Assembly (NCBI GenBank): GCA_963674695.2
Contig: CAXXGI010000003.1
Coordinates: 128,001 to 192,000, forward strand
Origin: a bacterium
GTDB lineage: Bacteria; UBA10199; 2-02-FULL-44-16; JAAZCA01
Direction: 5' to 3'
DNA: 64,000 bases
In this document: positions 18,855 through 28,800 of the stretch, one piece after another
How positions within the stretch are numbered: the first letter of the stretch is position 1
How the letters are laid out: every line of letters starts with the position of its first letter
The notes under the pieces: model-generated
Databases searched by the model: none
Told to the model about the DNA's origin: nothing
Seen by the model: only the letters and a program-made list of their open reading frames with translations
Position numbers and translations under genes: made by a program

Positions 18855-19658
18855 ATGAAAAGCATTACCGCAAAAATCGGGATGGGGTTGGTGGCGATGA
18901 TGCTCGTCATGGCGCTGGCTGCGCCGTGGCTGGCACCGCACGATCCGCAGACCTATCATGTCGATCTCGCGTTTGCCGGGCCGTCGGCCGAATATCCGCT
19001 GGGCAACGACGCCGACGGGCGCGACATCCTCTCGCGCATCATCTACGGTTCGCGCGTCTCCCTCGGCATCGGGCTGGCGGTGGTCGTTGTCTCGCTCTGT
19101 GTCGGCACGATCATCGGACTCTTCGCCGGCTATTGGGGTGGGTTCACCGATCGGATCTTTCAGTTCGTCTCCGATGTCTTCCTCGCCTTTCCCGGTTTTC
19201 TCTTCGCCATCGCGGTGGCCGCCTTCCTGCGTCCGGCCGTGATCAACGTGGTGATCATCCTCTGCATCAAGGGCTGGGTGACCTACGCGCGACTCGTGCG
19301 CGGCCAGACGCTTTCCCTCAAGGAGCGCGAGTTCGTTCAGGCCGGGCGCGCCATCGGCGTGCGCATCCCTCGGCTCTTCGTGCGCCACCTCTTTCCCAAC
19401 ATGGTCGGGCCCGTGGTCGTCGCCGCCAGCTTCGGCATGGCCGGCGTCATCATCATCGAATCGTCGCTCTCCTTTCTGGGTCTCGGTGTTCCGGTCACCA
19501 CGCCTTCCTGGGGCGGCATGATCGATCAGGGGACGCAATACCTGCTCATCGCACCGCACCTGTCGATCTTCCCCGGCATCGCCATCATGATGATCGTGCT
19601 CGGCTTCAACTTCCTGGGCGACGGCCTGCGCGACAAACTCGCGCCGAGAGGGCGGTAA
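18855..19658 (+). CDS. peptide ABC transporter permease (OppC/DppC-like)
   Basis: LGNDADGRDILSR, EFVQAGRAIG, LSFLGLG, SWGGMI, FNFLGDGLRD. Confidence 0.93.
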   Translation: MKSITAKIGMGLVAMMLVMALAAPWLAPHDPQTYHVDLAFAGPSAEYPLGNDADGRDILSRIIYGSRVSLGIGLAVVVVSLCVGTIIGLFAGYWGGFTDRIFQFVSDVFLAFPGFLFAIAVAAFLRPAVINVVIILCIKGWVTYARLVRGQTLSLKEREFVQAGRAIGVRIPRLFVRHLFPNMVGPVVVAASFGMAGVIIIESSLSFLGLGVPVTTPSWGGMIDQGTQYLLIAPHLSIFPGIAIMMIVLGFNFLGDGLRDKLAPRGR

Positions 19659-19794
19659 GGGCCGTAACACGTGATCAGAACGGTTCATCTGTTTTGTCTG
19701 TCACTCCCGAGGCCCCCTTGCCTGTGGGGTAATCGGGGATCCAGCCCGTTGTTGTCATCCTCGCGAAAGCGGGGATCTCGATGGGTTGTGAAAG

Positions 19795-19867
19795 TCGAGA
19801 TTCCCGCCTTCGCGGGAATGACACCCCTTGGTTTTGTCATCCCGAGCGGAGCCGAGGGATCCCTTGT
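19795..19867 (+). repeat. 73-bp direct repeat (composite REP), left copy flanking the giant sigma gene
   Basis: 71/73 identical to 22767-22839. Confidence 0.85.
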
Positions 19868-19885
19868 GAAGTGACACTTTTTTTG

Positions 19886-19913
19886 CGCAACTTTTTCCTC
19901 GTCGATGCGATAA
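19886..19913 (+). promoter_or_regulatory. sigma28/FliA-like promoter motif CGCAAC-N14-TGCGATAA (leaderless geometry)
   Basis: cgcaac tttttcctcgtcga tgcgataa ctgagca ATG(19921); no Shine-Dalgarno. Confidence 0.65.
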
Positions 19914-19920
19914 CTGAGCA

Positions 19921-22692
19921 ATGGTTTATGCACCCGCCCCCACAACACTCGCTTCTCGCATGCACGCGATGGACGCCTTTCTCTCGAGCGCGGATGCGTA
20001 TGCCTTCGACCAGTCCTGGAGTGCGGTGGAAGAGGTCGTGCTCGCGCCCTTCGGTATCGAGACCGATGCCTTCGTTTCCCCCGTCTCGGATGATGTCGTC
20101 GATCGCGATCGCTTGAAGGCGCAGGTCGTGCGCGCCGTTCGTCCCGAGTTCGATAGCCGCATCGCTGGCATCGTCGAGGCGCGCGAACCGCTCGATCTCG
20201 ACCGTCTGTATCACCACGGTTTTGCCGGACCCTCGCACGCGGTCTTCTCGGCCGATCATGCCTATGCTGGGCGGTGGCTCTCCTTCGATCCGGCCAAGAG
20301 CATGATCGCTTCCGTGCTCATGCTGACGAAGAACATTCCTCCGCTCTATGCAGACCTCCTTCAGCGATGGGGGACGAGAGGACTCGATGGATTTCGTTCG
20401 ACCCATCACCCGATCGATGAGCTGCGCATTCAACACGAGATCGATCGGCTGCGGGCGATGCCGCGCCCCTTCGCCGAACGGACGCTGCGATACGTCTCGC
20501 CCCATACGCTTGCGCGCATCATCGAGCAGCTCGCCCAGGGCTTGGGCCTCGTCCATCCGCGTCAACTGAGTGGAGAAGATTTCAAAGTGAAGCTCCCCGG
20601 ATGGCGAACGGCCTGCCAAGGGCTCTACAAATATGGACTCAAGCTCGCTTCCGAAGAGGAGGGATCGCAGCAGGCGATCGACTGCCTGCTCGATCATCTC
20701 GACATGCAGCGGCTCGATGGGCTTCCCTTTCTGGATCAGGTGCGCATCCTGCGCATGCGTTCCTCGCGCATCTATTGGGATCGCGTGCCGCGGGGCCTCA
20801 AGCGCTATCTCATCGAGCGGCTCGCCACAGAGGCGGGCGTCGTCCATCCGCGCTTTCTGACGGCGCCGCAGATGATCAAGGTCGAGATCCCCGAACTCGG
20901 GTCAACGCTCTACACGCTCTACGACAACATGCTCAAGCGCACCACTGAACATGGGCGTGCGGTCGAAGCCCTCCTCGATGAACTGGGATTCGATTCCATT
21001 GAAGACCTCGATTGGGAGGTGCAGCTCAAGGGATTCAAGGAGCGCAGTCTGGTGCACTGGGGCGTCGTGCCCACATCGACGCAGCGAAAACTCTTGGAGG
21101 TGGCGCGTGCGCGCATGCCGAAACAGAACGGCATGGAGTGCCCGCACCTGCGGGCGTTGACCAGCGACCAGCTTAAGCGGAGCGTGATCGAAGAGATCGA
21201 CGTCGCCCTCGGCGGCTTGCACGAACACTATCGCGTCCGCGTGCCGGAAGGATATGCGGGGACGACCATCGATTGCATGCTCGATGAACTCGGCGTGCCG
21301 GCCTTTGCCGATCTCTCCTACGAGGAGCAGTGCCGTTGTCTGCGCTACGACAAAAGCTGGCCCTGGGATCGGGTGCCCAAATCGACGATACGGGAGATGA
21401 TCGAGCGGATTCAGAAACGTCATGATCTTCCCCATATTCGATATGTCACCCCCGAACACCTGAGAACGACGATCCTCCCCGAGATCGACCAATCCATCGG
21501 TGGCCTCTATACTCATTTTCAGCTGCGGCAGAACGTGACCGATCATCGGCCGGTCATGGACCTGATCTTCGATCATATCGGTGTGGAACCATTCGAAGAT
21601 ATGCCCTTTGACCTGCAGTTGGAATGGATGAACCATTCGGCCGGGCGCGCGTGGCGAGATATTCCCGATGCGATCATTCACCATCACCTTCGGGCGCTGA
21701 TGCGGACGAGTGGCGTTGCGGAACCCGGCGATCTGCTGACGAGTCATTTCGGTCGTCCGGTGCTGACGCGACAGGCCGGGATGCTGGGCCTGCTCACCTA
21801 TCTGAACCATGTGTGGAAAGACTCCGATCGCAGCGAGCGCGTCATCGACTGGGCCGCCCGCCGCTATGGGCTCCATACCCAGATGGGGATCGACGCCAAG
21901 TTTCGACAGGGGGGGCAGCTGCTCCAGTTGGATGAGACGCAGCATTTGATTCAGATGGCAAGGGTGGGCGATCGGCGCGCGCAGGAGCAACTCATCATCT
22001 TCTTCCATCCGCTCATCAAGAAGTTTGCGGCGGCCACGCTCAGCCGACAATCCCATTCCCGCCTGGGATTCGATGATCTGGTGCAGCTCGGGCGCCTGGA
22101 GCTCATGCAGTTGGCCAAGCTCTATGACCCAACACGAGGGGCCAAGTTTACGACCTATGTCTATTCATCGCTCCCCTGGCGCATGATGAATGCCGTGAAG
22201 CGCGACACCGGCGTGATCCATCGTCCGGCGCATTATCTGGCGGCTGCGGCAAAGCTCTTCAAAAAGCGTGCGCAATTGATTCAGGAATTCGGGGTTGAGC
22301 CGAGCGATGAGGAGCTGGCCCAGGCGCTCGGATGGACGCTCGATGAGGTGAAAGAGATTTTCCGCCATGCCTCGCGGGAGGTCTCGATTCACTCGCCCGT
22401 GGGCGAGGACGATTCGACGCTCGAGGACTTTATCCCGGATACGGCCAATGATATCGAAGCCTCGTTCGAGAATCGCAACCTGCAGTCACAGCTGCATGTG
22501 GCCATCGAGGGGTCGGGGTTGAATGAACGAGAACGCTTCTGTCTGCGAAAATATCACCTGGAGGGTCACACGCTTGAGGAGGTGGGCCAGATGTGGGGAG
22601 TCACCCGCGAGCGCATCCGGCAGATCGTGGTGAAGGCCATGCAAAAAATCGCGAACGGTCCCTATGCCAAGGCCTTGAAGGAGTTGTTATAG
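19921..22692 (+). CDS. giant sigma70-family protein (923 aa): five ~96-aa N-terminal tandem repeats plus sigma regions 2, 3 and 4
   Basis: C-terminal ~260 aa contain DDLVQLG, YDPTRGAKFTTY, EPSDEELAQAL, SIHSPVGEDDSTLEDFIPD and TLEEVGQMWGVTRERIRQI; repeats are visible by eye. Confidence 0.88.
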   Translation: MVYAPAPTTLASRMHAMDAFLSSADAYAFDQSWSAVEEVVLAPFGIETDAFVSPVSDDVVDRDRLKAQVVRAVRPEFDSRIAGIVEAREPLDLDRLYHHGFAGPSHAVFSADHAYAGRWLSFDPAKSMIASVLMLTKNIPPLYADLLQRWGTRGLDGFRSTHHPIDELRIQHEIDRLRAMPRPFAERTLRYVSPHTLARIIEQLAQGLGLVHPRQLSGEDFKVKLPGWRTACQGLYKYGLKLASEEEGSQQAIDCLLDHLDMQRLDGLPFLDQVRILRMRSSRIYWDRVPRGLKRYLIERLATEAGVVHPRFLTAPQMIKVEIPELGSTLYTLYDNMLKRTTEHGRAVEALLDELGFDSIEDLDWEVQLKGFKERSLVHWGVVPTSTQRKLLEVARARMPKQNGMECPHLRALTSDQLKRSVIEEIDVALGGLHEHYRVRVPEGYAGTTIDCMLDELGVPAFADLSYEEQCRCLRYDKSWPWDRVPKSTIREMIERIQKRHDLPHIRYVTPEHLRTTILPEIDQSIGGLYTHFQLRQNVTDHRPVMDLIFDHIGVEPFEDMPFDLQLEWMNHSAGRAWRDIPDAIIHHHLRALMRTSGVAEPGDLLTSHFGRPVLTRQAGMLGLLTYLNHVWKDSDRSERVIDWAARRYGLHTQMGIDAKFRQGGQLLQLDETQHLIQMARVGDRRAQEQLIIFFHPLIKKFAAATLSRQSHSRLGFDDLVQLGRLELMQLAKLYDPTRGAKFTTYVYSSLPWRMMNAVKRDTGVIHRPAHYLAAAAKLFKKRAQLIQEFGVEPSDEELAQALGWTLDEVKEIFRHASREVSIHSPVGEDDSTLEDFIPDTANDIEASFENRNLQSQLHVAIEGSGLNERERFCLRKYHLEGHTLEEVGQMWGVTRERIRQIVVKAMQKIANGPYAKALKELL

Positions 22693-22766
22693 GCGGTCAC
22701 CCCCGAATCTCTCCTTGTTTGTCATCCCTGAGTGGGGTAATCGGGGATCTCGATTGCTTATGAAAT

Positions 22767-22839
22767 TCGAGATTCCCGCCTTCGCGGGAATGACACCCCT
22801 TGGTTTTGTCATCCCGAGCGGAGTCGAGGGATCTCTTGT
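22767..22839 (+). repeat. 73-bp direct repeat (composite REP), right copy
   Basis: 71/73 identical to 19795-19867. Confidence 0.85.
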
Positions 22840-22855
22840 TCTCGAAGGAGTTTCT

Positions 22856-23911
22856 ATGTCACTCGGACAACTGTTAATGATCGGTTTCGACGGCACGACG
22901 GTTTCACCGGAACTCGCTGCGCTTATGCGCGACGTGCAGCCGGGCGGCGTGATCCTCTTTGCGCGCAATTGCGAGAGTCCCGAACAGGTGCGCACCCTCA
23001 TCGCCGACCTCACCGATGCGGCCGAGGCACCGTTGATCGTCGGCGTCGACCAGGAGGGCGGGCGTGTGGCGCGGTTGAAAGCTCCCTTCACCGAGCTGCC
23101 ACCGATGAACCGCATCGCGCGTGCCGGGAGCGATGCGCGCGAACTCGCGCGCGAGGTCGGCGCGATGCTGGCGCGCGAACTCGCTGCGGTCGGCTTTACG
23201 CTCGACTTCGCCCCCGTGCTCGACGTGAACACCAATGCACAAAACCCCGTCATCAACGACCGCGCCTTCTCCGCCGATGCACAGGTGGTCGCGCGACTCG
23301 GCTGCGCCTTCATCGAGGGCATGCAGGGAGAAGGGGTTGCCGCCTGTGGCAAGCACTTCCCGGGACACGGCGATACCACCATCGATTCGCACAAAGGCCT
23401 GCCGCGCGTCGAACATGCGCGCGAGCGCCTCGGTTCCACCGAACTCGTGCCCTTTCGTGCTGCCATCGCGGCCAGCGTCGCCTCCCTCATGACCGCACAC
23501 CTGCTCGTCACCGCGTATGATGAGCAGGATCTCGCCACGACATCGAGTGCCATCACGACCGGTCTCTTGCGTAAGGCCCTCGGTTTTGAGGGGCTCGTCT
23601 TCACCGACGACCTCATCATGCGCGGCATCGCCGACCGCTACGGAACGGAGGAATCCGCCTGGCGCGCCATCGCCGCCGGCGCCGACGTGGCGCTCGTCTG
23701 CGAGGGCGAGACGAACGTGCGCCAAGCACTCGATGGACTCGCGCGCGCCCTCGACGACGGCAAACTCGATGGCGAACACATCGCCGCATCGCGCGTGCGC
23801 ATCGCACGCTTCACCGACCGCTTCTGCAACCCAAACCGCATGCGTCCCCCCATGACCATCATCGGCTGCCCCGAACACCAAACCCTCGCAAAACGCCTGC
23901 ACGAGCTGTAA
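22856..23911 (+). CDS. nagZ: beta-N-acetylhexosaminidase (GH3)
   Basis: VDQEGGRVARL, FAPVLD, KHFPGHGDTTIDSH, MTAH and TDDL motifs; AAGGAG RBS before MSLGQ. Confidence 0.93.
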   Translation: MSLGQLLMIGFDGTTVSPELAALMRDVQPGGVILFARNCESPEQVRTLIADLTDAAEAPLIVGVDQEGGRVARLKAPFTELPPMNRIARAGSDARELAREVGAMLARELAAVGFTLDFAPVLDVNTNAQNPVINDRAFSADAQVVARLGCAFIEGMQGEGVAACGKHFPGHGDTTIDSHKGLPRVEHARERLGSTELVPFRAAIAASVASLMTAHLLVTAYDEQDLATTSSAITTGLLRKALGFEGLVFTDDLIMRGIADRYGTEESAWRAIAAGADVALVCEGETNVRQALDGLARALDDGKLDGEHIAASRVRIARFTDRFCNPNRMRPPMTIIGCPEHQTLAKRLHEL

Positions 23912-24013
23912 CCTACCCCCCTCCTTTGTAAGCATGTCCTGAGCAACGTCGAAGGAGAGGGGATGGGGGAGGTAGATCCAGCCTCACGCTCAGCATTCCC
24001 GGCCGGTAAAATT

Positions 24014-24163
24014 GAGCCATCGTCCGGCAGGGTGATTTTCGGGGACCGCCGCCTCGGCTCAAACGCCGCCGAGACGGCTTTTTCTTCTTTCGTCGCAGCA
24101 TATGAGGCTTCGATCGCGACGAAAGAAGAGATCCCCGAAAATCACCCTCCCGAACGATGGCTC
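24014..24163 (+). mobile_element. 150-bp fold-back element (32-bp terminal inverted repeat, two internal hairpins)
   Basis: 24014-24045 pairs with 24132-24163 (30/32); the internal loops are shared with the element at 33327-33485. Confidence 0.7.
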
Positions 24164-24186
24164 CATGGTGACCTTCCCCGTTTTTT

Positions 24187-24255
24187 TGTCATCCCCGCGC
24201 AGGCGGGGATCTCGCCTTAAGGTTGTCATCCCCGAGTGATGCTGTCGGGGATCCA
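24187..24255. repeat. REP units
   Basis: tgtcatccccgcgcaggcggggatc and tgtcatccccgag...tcggggatcc. Confidence 0.75.
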
Positions 24256-24578
24256 GCCGTGGTTGTCCCACATGAACCGCTCTCCTGCCTGCCACGGTAT
24301 TTCACCCGGCTGGATTATGCCGCATGGCCTGCCAAGCACCCTGCCGGGCTTTTGTCTCACTTCCGCGACGAAGGGAAGGAGGGCGTGGCAGGCAGTCTCG
24401 TACCGGTTTCGGCTCGAGAGGAGGGGGAGCCCGGGGTCTGGGGTCTCCGCTCCCGCTCGGGGCTGTTTCGGGCATCGAGGTTCCATTTTGGCCGTCTCCC
24501 GCAGAACCAGTCGAAATAAATCAAATAAAAACAGTGTTTTACGCAAGCCATCCTCCAGCGCCGCAAAATGGGGACTCC

Positions 24579-24594
24579 TGGCCCACCTCTTGCA
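24579..24594 (+). promoter_or_regulatory. sigma54 -24/-12 promoter
   Basis: TGGCCCACCTCTTGCA with exact GG-N10-GC spacing, upstream of the 24718/25877 gene pair. Confidence 0.65.
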
Positions 24595-24717
24595 TTATCT
24601 TTGGGCAGGGTGGGTCCTCACATGAGGCGAAAAGTGTGCAAAGATGAGCGATATCAAGAGGTTCTATGATTTGGCGCGACGCAATGGCGCCGTTGAAGCG
24701 GTGAGAGGAGTCCCGGG

Positions 24718-25884
24718 ATGACGAAGGTTGGTTCACATCATGCGGATGGCTGGCAGAAAAAGACCGGTCAGAAGCAGATCCACGAGCAGGGCCAGAAACA
24801 GGTCCGCACGGATGTGAAGCTCTCGGCCAAGCAGACCTCTCAGGCCCTGGCCCGTGAGCTGCACCAGCCCAAGTCGACCGACGGGGCCAGCCGCATGCGC
24901 GAGCAGGCGCAGCCGCAGTCCGGGCGCGATGTGTCGCAGCCGATGCAGAAGCAGCGCGGCGAGATGCAGCAGAAGGCCGCCAACGCGCAGACCAAGGAGT
25001 TTGTCGGCGCCAAGCGCGATGCGCAGCAGCTCTCGAACCTCGTCAAGTCGCCGGCCAAGGGCGCGGCCACGAAGGATGCGGTGGCACAGAAGGGGGTCGC
25101 CAGCGAGCCGAACCTGGGCAAGCAGAATGCCGGTACGAAGAATCAGCCGCAGGTCCTGCAGAAGAACGTGAACCAGGCGGTGCGCCAGCAGTCACAGCAG
25201 GTCGCGGCCAAGCATGTGGTCACGCAGCACAAGGCGCGCGCGACGACGCCGCAGGCCAAGACGACCAAGCAGGCCAAACAGGCCAAACAATTGACCGAAC
25301 AGCCCAAGCCCGATGGCGCGCAACAGGCGCGCTATGCCCCACGCGCAGCAGCGCAGGCGGGACAAGCCGGAAAGATGGGGCAACAGGACGGGCAGGGCGC
25401 GGTCAAGCAGCGCAGCGCAAGCAAAGGGGAGAAGAAGAAGGGCGAGAAAAAATCGAGTGCTTCGCGCGGCAGGGGGGCATCGGCGACCGGCGCCGAGCGG
25501 GCCGGGGCGCAACGCGACCTGGGCGCGCTCCTCGGTGGCGGTGGTTTTGGGGGCGACGGCGACGAGGGGTTTGAATCCTTTAGCGGCAATGCCTCCATCG
25601 AGGGCGATGGCGTCGAAGGATCCAAGGGCCTGCCCGAGTCCGATCCGGCCTCACCGGTCTTTAACGAGCCGTCAGCTGGCGACGCCGTCATGGGACGCGC
25701 GCGTCTCTACGGCCGCCTCGTGGAAAAGCGCATCCAGGAGATCGCGCAGCTCAACGACGAGATCGAGACCAAAATTAAAACCATGTTCGAGACGACGCCG
25801 CTTCGCGAACGCATCGTTTCGGAATGTGAAACCTTGAGCCAAGCCGTCGTGCTCGGCTCCTACAAGGATATCCGTTATGGGTAA
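24718..25884 (+). CDS. Q/K/A-rich low-complexity hypothetical protein with C-terminal coiled coil
   Basis: GAGGAG RBS; strongly GC3-biased 388-aa ORF; overlaps the next gene by 8 nt. Confidence 0.8.
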   Translation: MTKVGSHHADGWQKKTGQKQIHEQGQKQVRTDVKLSAKQTSQALARELHQPKSTDGASRMREQAQPQSGRDVSQPMQKQRGEMQQKAANAQTKEFVGAKRDAQQLSNLVKSPAKGAATKDAVAQKGVASEPNLGKQNAGTKNQPQVLQKNVNQAVRQQSQQVAAKHVVTQHKARATTPQAKTTKQAKQAKQLTEQPKPDGAQQARYAPRAAAQAGQAGKMGQQDGQGAVKQRSASKGEKKKGEKKSSASRGRGASATGAERAGAQRDLGALLGGGGFGGDGDEGFESFSGNASIEGDGVEGSKGLPESDPASPVFNEPSAGDAVMGRARLYGRLVEKRIQEIAQLNDEIETKIKTMFETTPLRERIVSECETLSQAVVLGSYKDIRYG

Positions 25885-28800
25885 TAATCCGCTGGGTATT
25901 AACAATTTTCAGCTCAGGCCCTTCGAGGAGTCGCTGAGGAATACGCTCTACGGCGAGAAGGCGAAGGCCAACACCCCTTCCGAAGAGAGCAATGGTTTCG
26001 ACTGCTCCGGATCGCGCGCGTTTTTGCAGAACATGGGTATCATGGGCGGGCAGAACTTTCAGATGAACGGCCTGCACGGTCAGGATCCTTCGAACGAATG
26101 GTTCCCGGGACGAAAAGGGCAGCAGCAGCTTCCCGGCGGTGCCGGCATCATGGGTGCGAACGTCTTCGGCAACATGGGCATGCCCAACTACGCGCAGGCC
26201 TTCCTCGGCGGTCAGGGCGGCAATGCGCTCATGTCCGGCGGGATGATGGCCGGTGGCCTCGGCGCACCGCAAATTATCCAGACGCCGATGCCGCAGCCCG
26301 CGCAGGGGAGCATCACGCCTCAGCCCTCCTCCCTCAATTTCACGGCGAAGGAGGCCGACCCCGAGGATGAGAAAGACGCCAAGGCGCTCGAGGATGCGCG
26401 CAATGCCTACGCCGATCTGCAGAAGGACTGGGAGCGTCGCGCGGGCGATAAGGATGAGTACGGCTATTCCGGTGATGAGGCCAAGGAGTTCGTGGAGCGT
26501 GCCGCCGGTGCGGCGCTCGAGCGCGCCCAGAAGATCGTCGGCGACGGCGACGAAAAGGCGCTCATCATCCAGCAGCACAAGATCTTCGACGGCATCATGA
26601 AAAAACTGCCGAGTTTCACGCTGCCCGAACCGAGTGCGGAACAGGTGGCCGCTTGGGAGAAGGATGGGCTTGATGTGGAGGCCGAGACAACGAAGATGCA
26701 GGATGCGCACAGGGAGGAATGGACCACCGACTTGACCAAGTGGGAGGTCGAGCAGATTGAGGACTACAACGCCATCGACGGCAACAAAGCCGTGAAAGCC
26801 GTCCGCCAGAGCGCAATGGATCCGGACACGAGCGTGAAGAAGAAGGCGGAGCCGATTGAGGTGGAGGTAAAACGGAGCAAAGGATGGGGCAAGAAGGTGA
26901 GCGAACCATCCTATATCATTACGAAGGCGCCGGAGGGTTCGGGGCTTAAAGGAGGAGACTATGTCTTCTACAAGGCTGATGGGACCTGGGTCAAAGCATC
27001 GAGTAATGACAGTACAACAGCAAGGATTGGAACCGAGATCGAGGTGCTCAAAGATTCTCCGAAACCGTCAACAGATCCGAATGCAACGGCTACACTGAAA
27101 ATGGAAGGCCCCGAAGAAGAGGCCGCCGACACCAACACGGATTCCTACTTCGACGTTGAGTATGCGGGAGTGCGAGAGATCGTGGTGGAGGAAGGTGGCA
27201 AGAAACGCACGGTGCAGGCCGAGGTCTACACCGTGACGGGTGGAATGCTTGCGTCGGGGAAACCTGTTGATCCGAAATCGGTGAATGATGAGGTCTATAA
27301 GGTGGATGGGAAGTGGTATGCAGATCCTGTAACTCGTCCGGATGTGAATACGATCAAACCGTTCTCCGAGTCCGATCCGGATTCCCCCACGCCCAAACAC
27401 GCCGCCAACGAGGGTCGCCTCTACTTCAACCGCGCCTCCGCACGCCACCTCCCCGAGGGCGCCATGTACAAGGACGTGCGCGGCCACATCGACACCGCCC
27501 TCCAAGGTCTCGAAAAGGAAGCCGCCGAAAAGAAAAAGATCCGCCAGGACCGTTACAAGGTCTTCGAGGAACAGTTCAAGGAGTCCCTGCCTGAGGATGT
27601 GCAAGACCTCGTCACCGTCAAGATGGATGACGACGGCACCGTCCAAATCACCTGCTCGCCCGAACACGCAGCGCAGGTCCACACGGCGATGAAACGCGAG
27701 GGTGAAGTGGATGCGCTCGAAAAGATGACATGTACACTCACAAAGGATGGCAAGCCGGATGGTGTGGTGACGAAGTACATATTGAGTCCCGTCCCCAGCA
27801 GTGGTCCGTTGGAGGGCACGAAGTACCTCTATTATGATACAGAAAGTGAAGCGTGGTTTACGGATGCAGATGCGTTACTTGATGTTGCTGACCTGGATGT
27901 AAAGATTCCGAAGATGGGGGAGGAAGCAAAGACCTCTGTCTCCTTTGATGTCGACACAAAGGGAGAGACACTCAAGCCCGTCGATAACAAAAAGATGAAA
28001 TCCGCCTTCGCGGCTCTTCCGGACAAGACGCCCGTTCGCTTCAACGACGAGCTGATGACTCCGGGTGCCGATCCCAAGGCGGCGCTTGCCAAGGAGGCGC
28101 ACGAAGCGCCCCGGGTGATTCATATTGATAGTGAGGCGATGGATAGTGGGTTGAAGGCTGCGAAGAAACCAGATGCAATTGGGAAGGTACTCGCGTTAGC
28201 TGTTGATGATGCAAAAGGCGACGCAAAAAACCTCGAGAGCATCAACCTCGGCACGATCGCACTCCCCACGAAGAAGGACGGGGGTGTGATCACGCAGAGC
28301 GAGTTTGAGGGGATCATCGCCAAGATCGCGAAGGAACACGACATCAATCCTTCGCAGGTGAAATATACGATCAAGGACAAAACTGCCTTCAAGAAGGCGG
28401 AGGCACCCACTGGTGAGATGCTCACCACCAGTGGCGCTGATTTCGGCGATGGCGTGAAGGTCGACTGGAAGCTCCCTGTTGAAACGCAGAAGGCGTTTGA
28501 GAAGGATTATGGAAAGATACAGAAGGACGCCGATGCGCGGTTTAAGGAGATGAAGGCCGATGCGAAGAACCCGAGCCCCGAAAAAATCGTCGAGCTGAAA
28601 AAGCGCGCGACCGTCGAAGCGATCACGATGTGGGCCTACACCTATGCCAAGGAGCGCGGATGGGAAGGACATGAAGACAACGAGGGCGAAGCGCTCTCCC
28701 TCTATGATAACCTGAGTTCCGACAAACCCCTGGGCGAATGCACCGAGCGCACCGCGTTTCTCTATGCCCTCATGAAGCACGCGCAGGAGGAAGGTGTGTT

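Noticed and set aside
15880-19658. ABC transporter lacking ATPase genes as a sign of decay
   Set aside because: All three ORFs are intact, and oppD/F-type genes are often encoded elsewhere
19921-19945. N-terminal MVYAP of the giant sigma resembling the FVYAP of the C-terminal tag
   Set aside because: A four-residue match at the opposite terminus; likely chance
19921-22692. Idea that the giant sigma is the cognate factor for the GCAAC/GCCGATA promoters (autoregulation)
   Set aside because: Its region 4.2 is RpoD-like (TRERIRQI) rather than FliA-like and region 2 is aberrant; it cannot be excluded but the sequence does not support it
23911-23966. Hairpin after nagZ as an ncRNA
   Set aside because: Looks like a nested palindromic repeat or terminator (ccccctcct...aggggatggggg enclosing cctgagcaacgtcgaagg); single copy here and no further support
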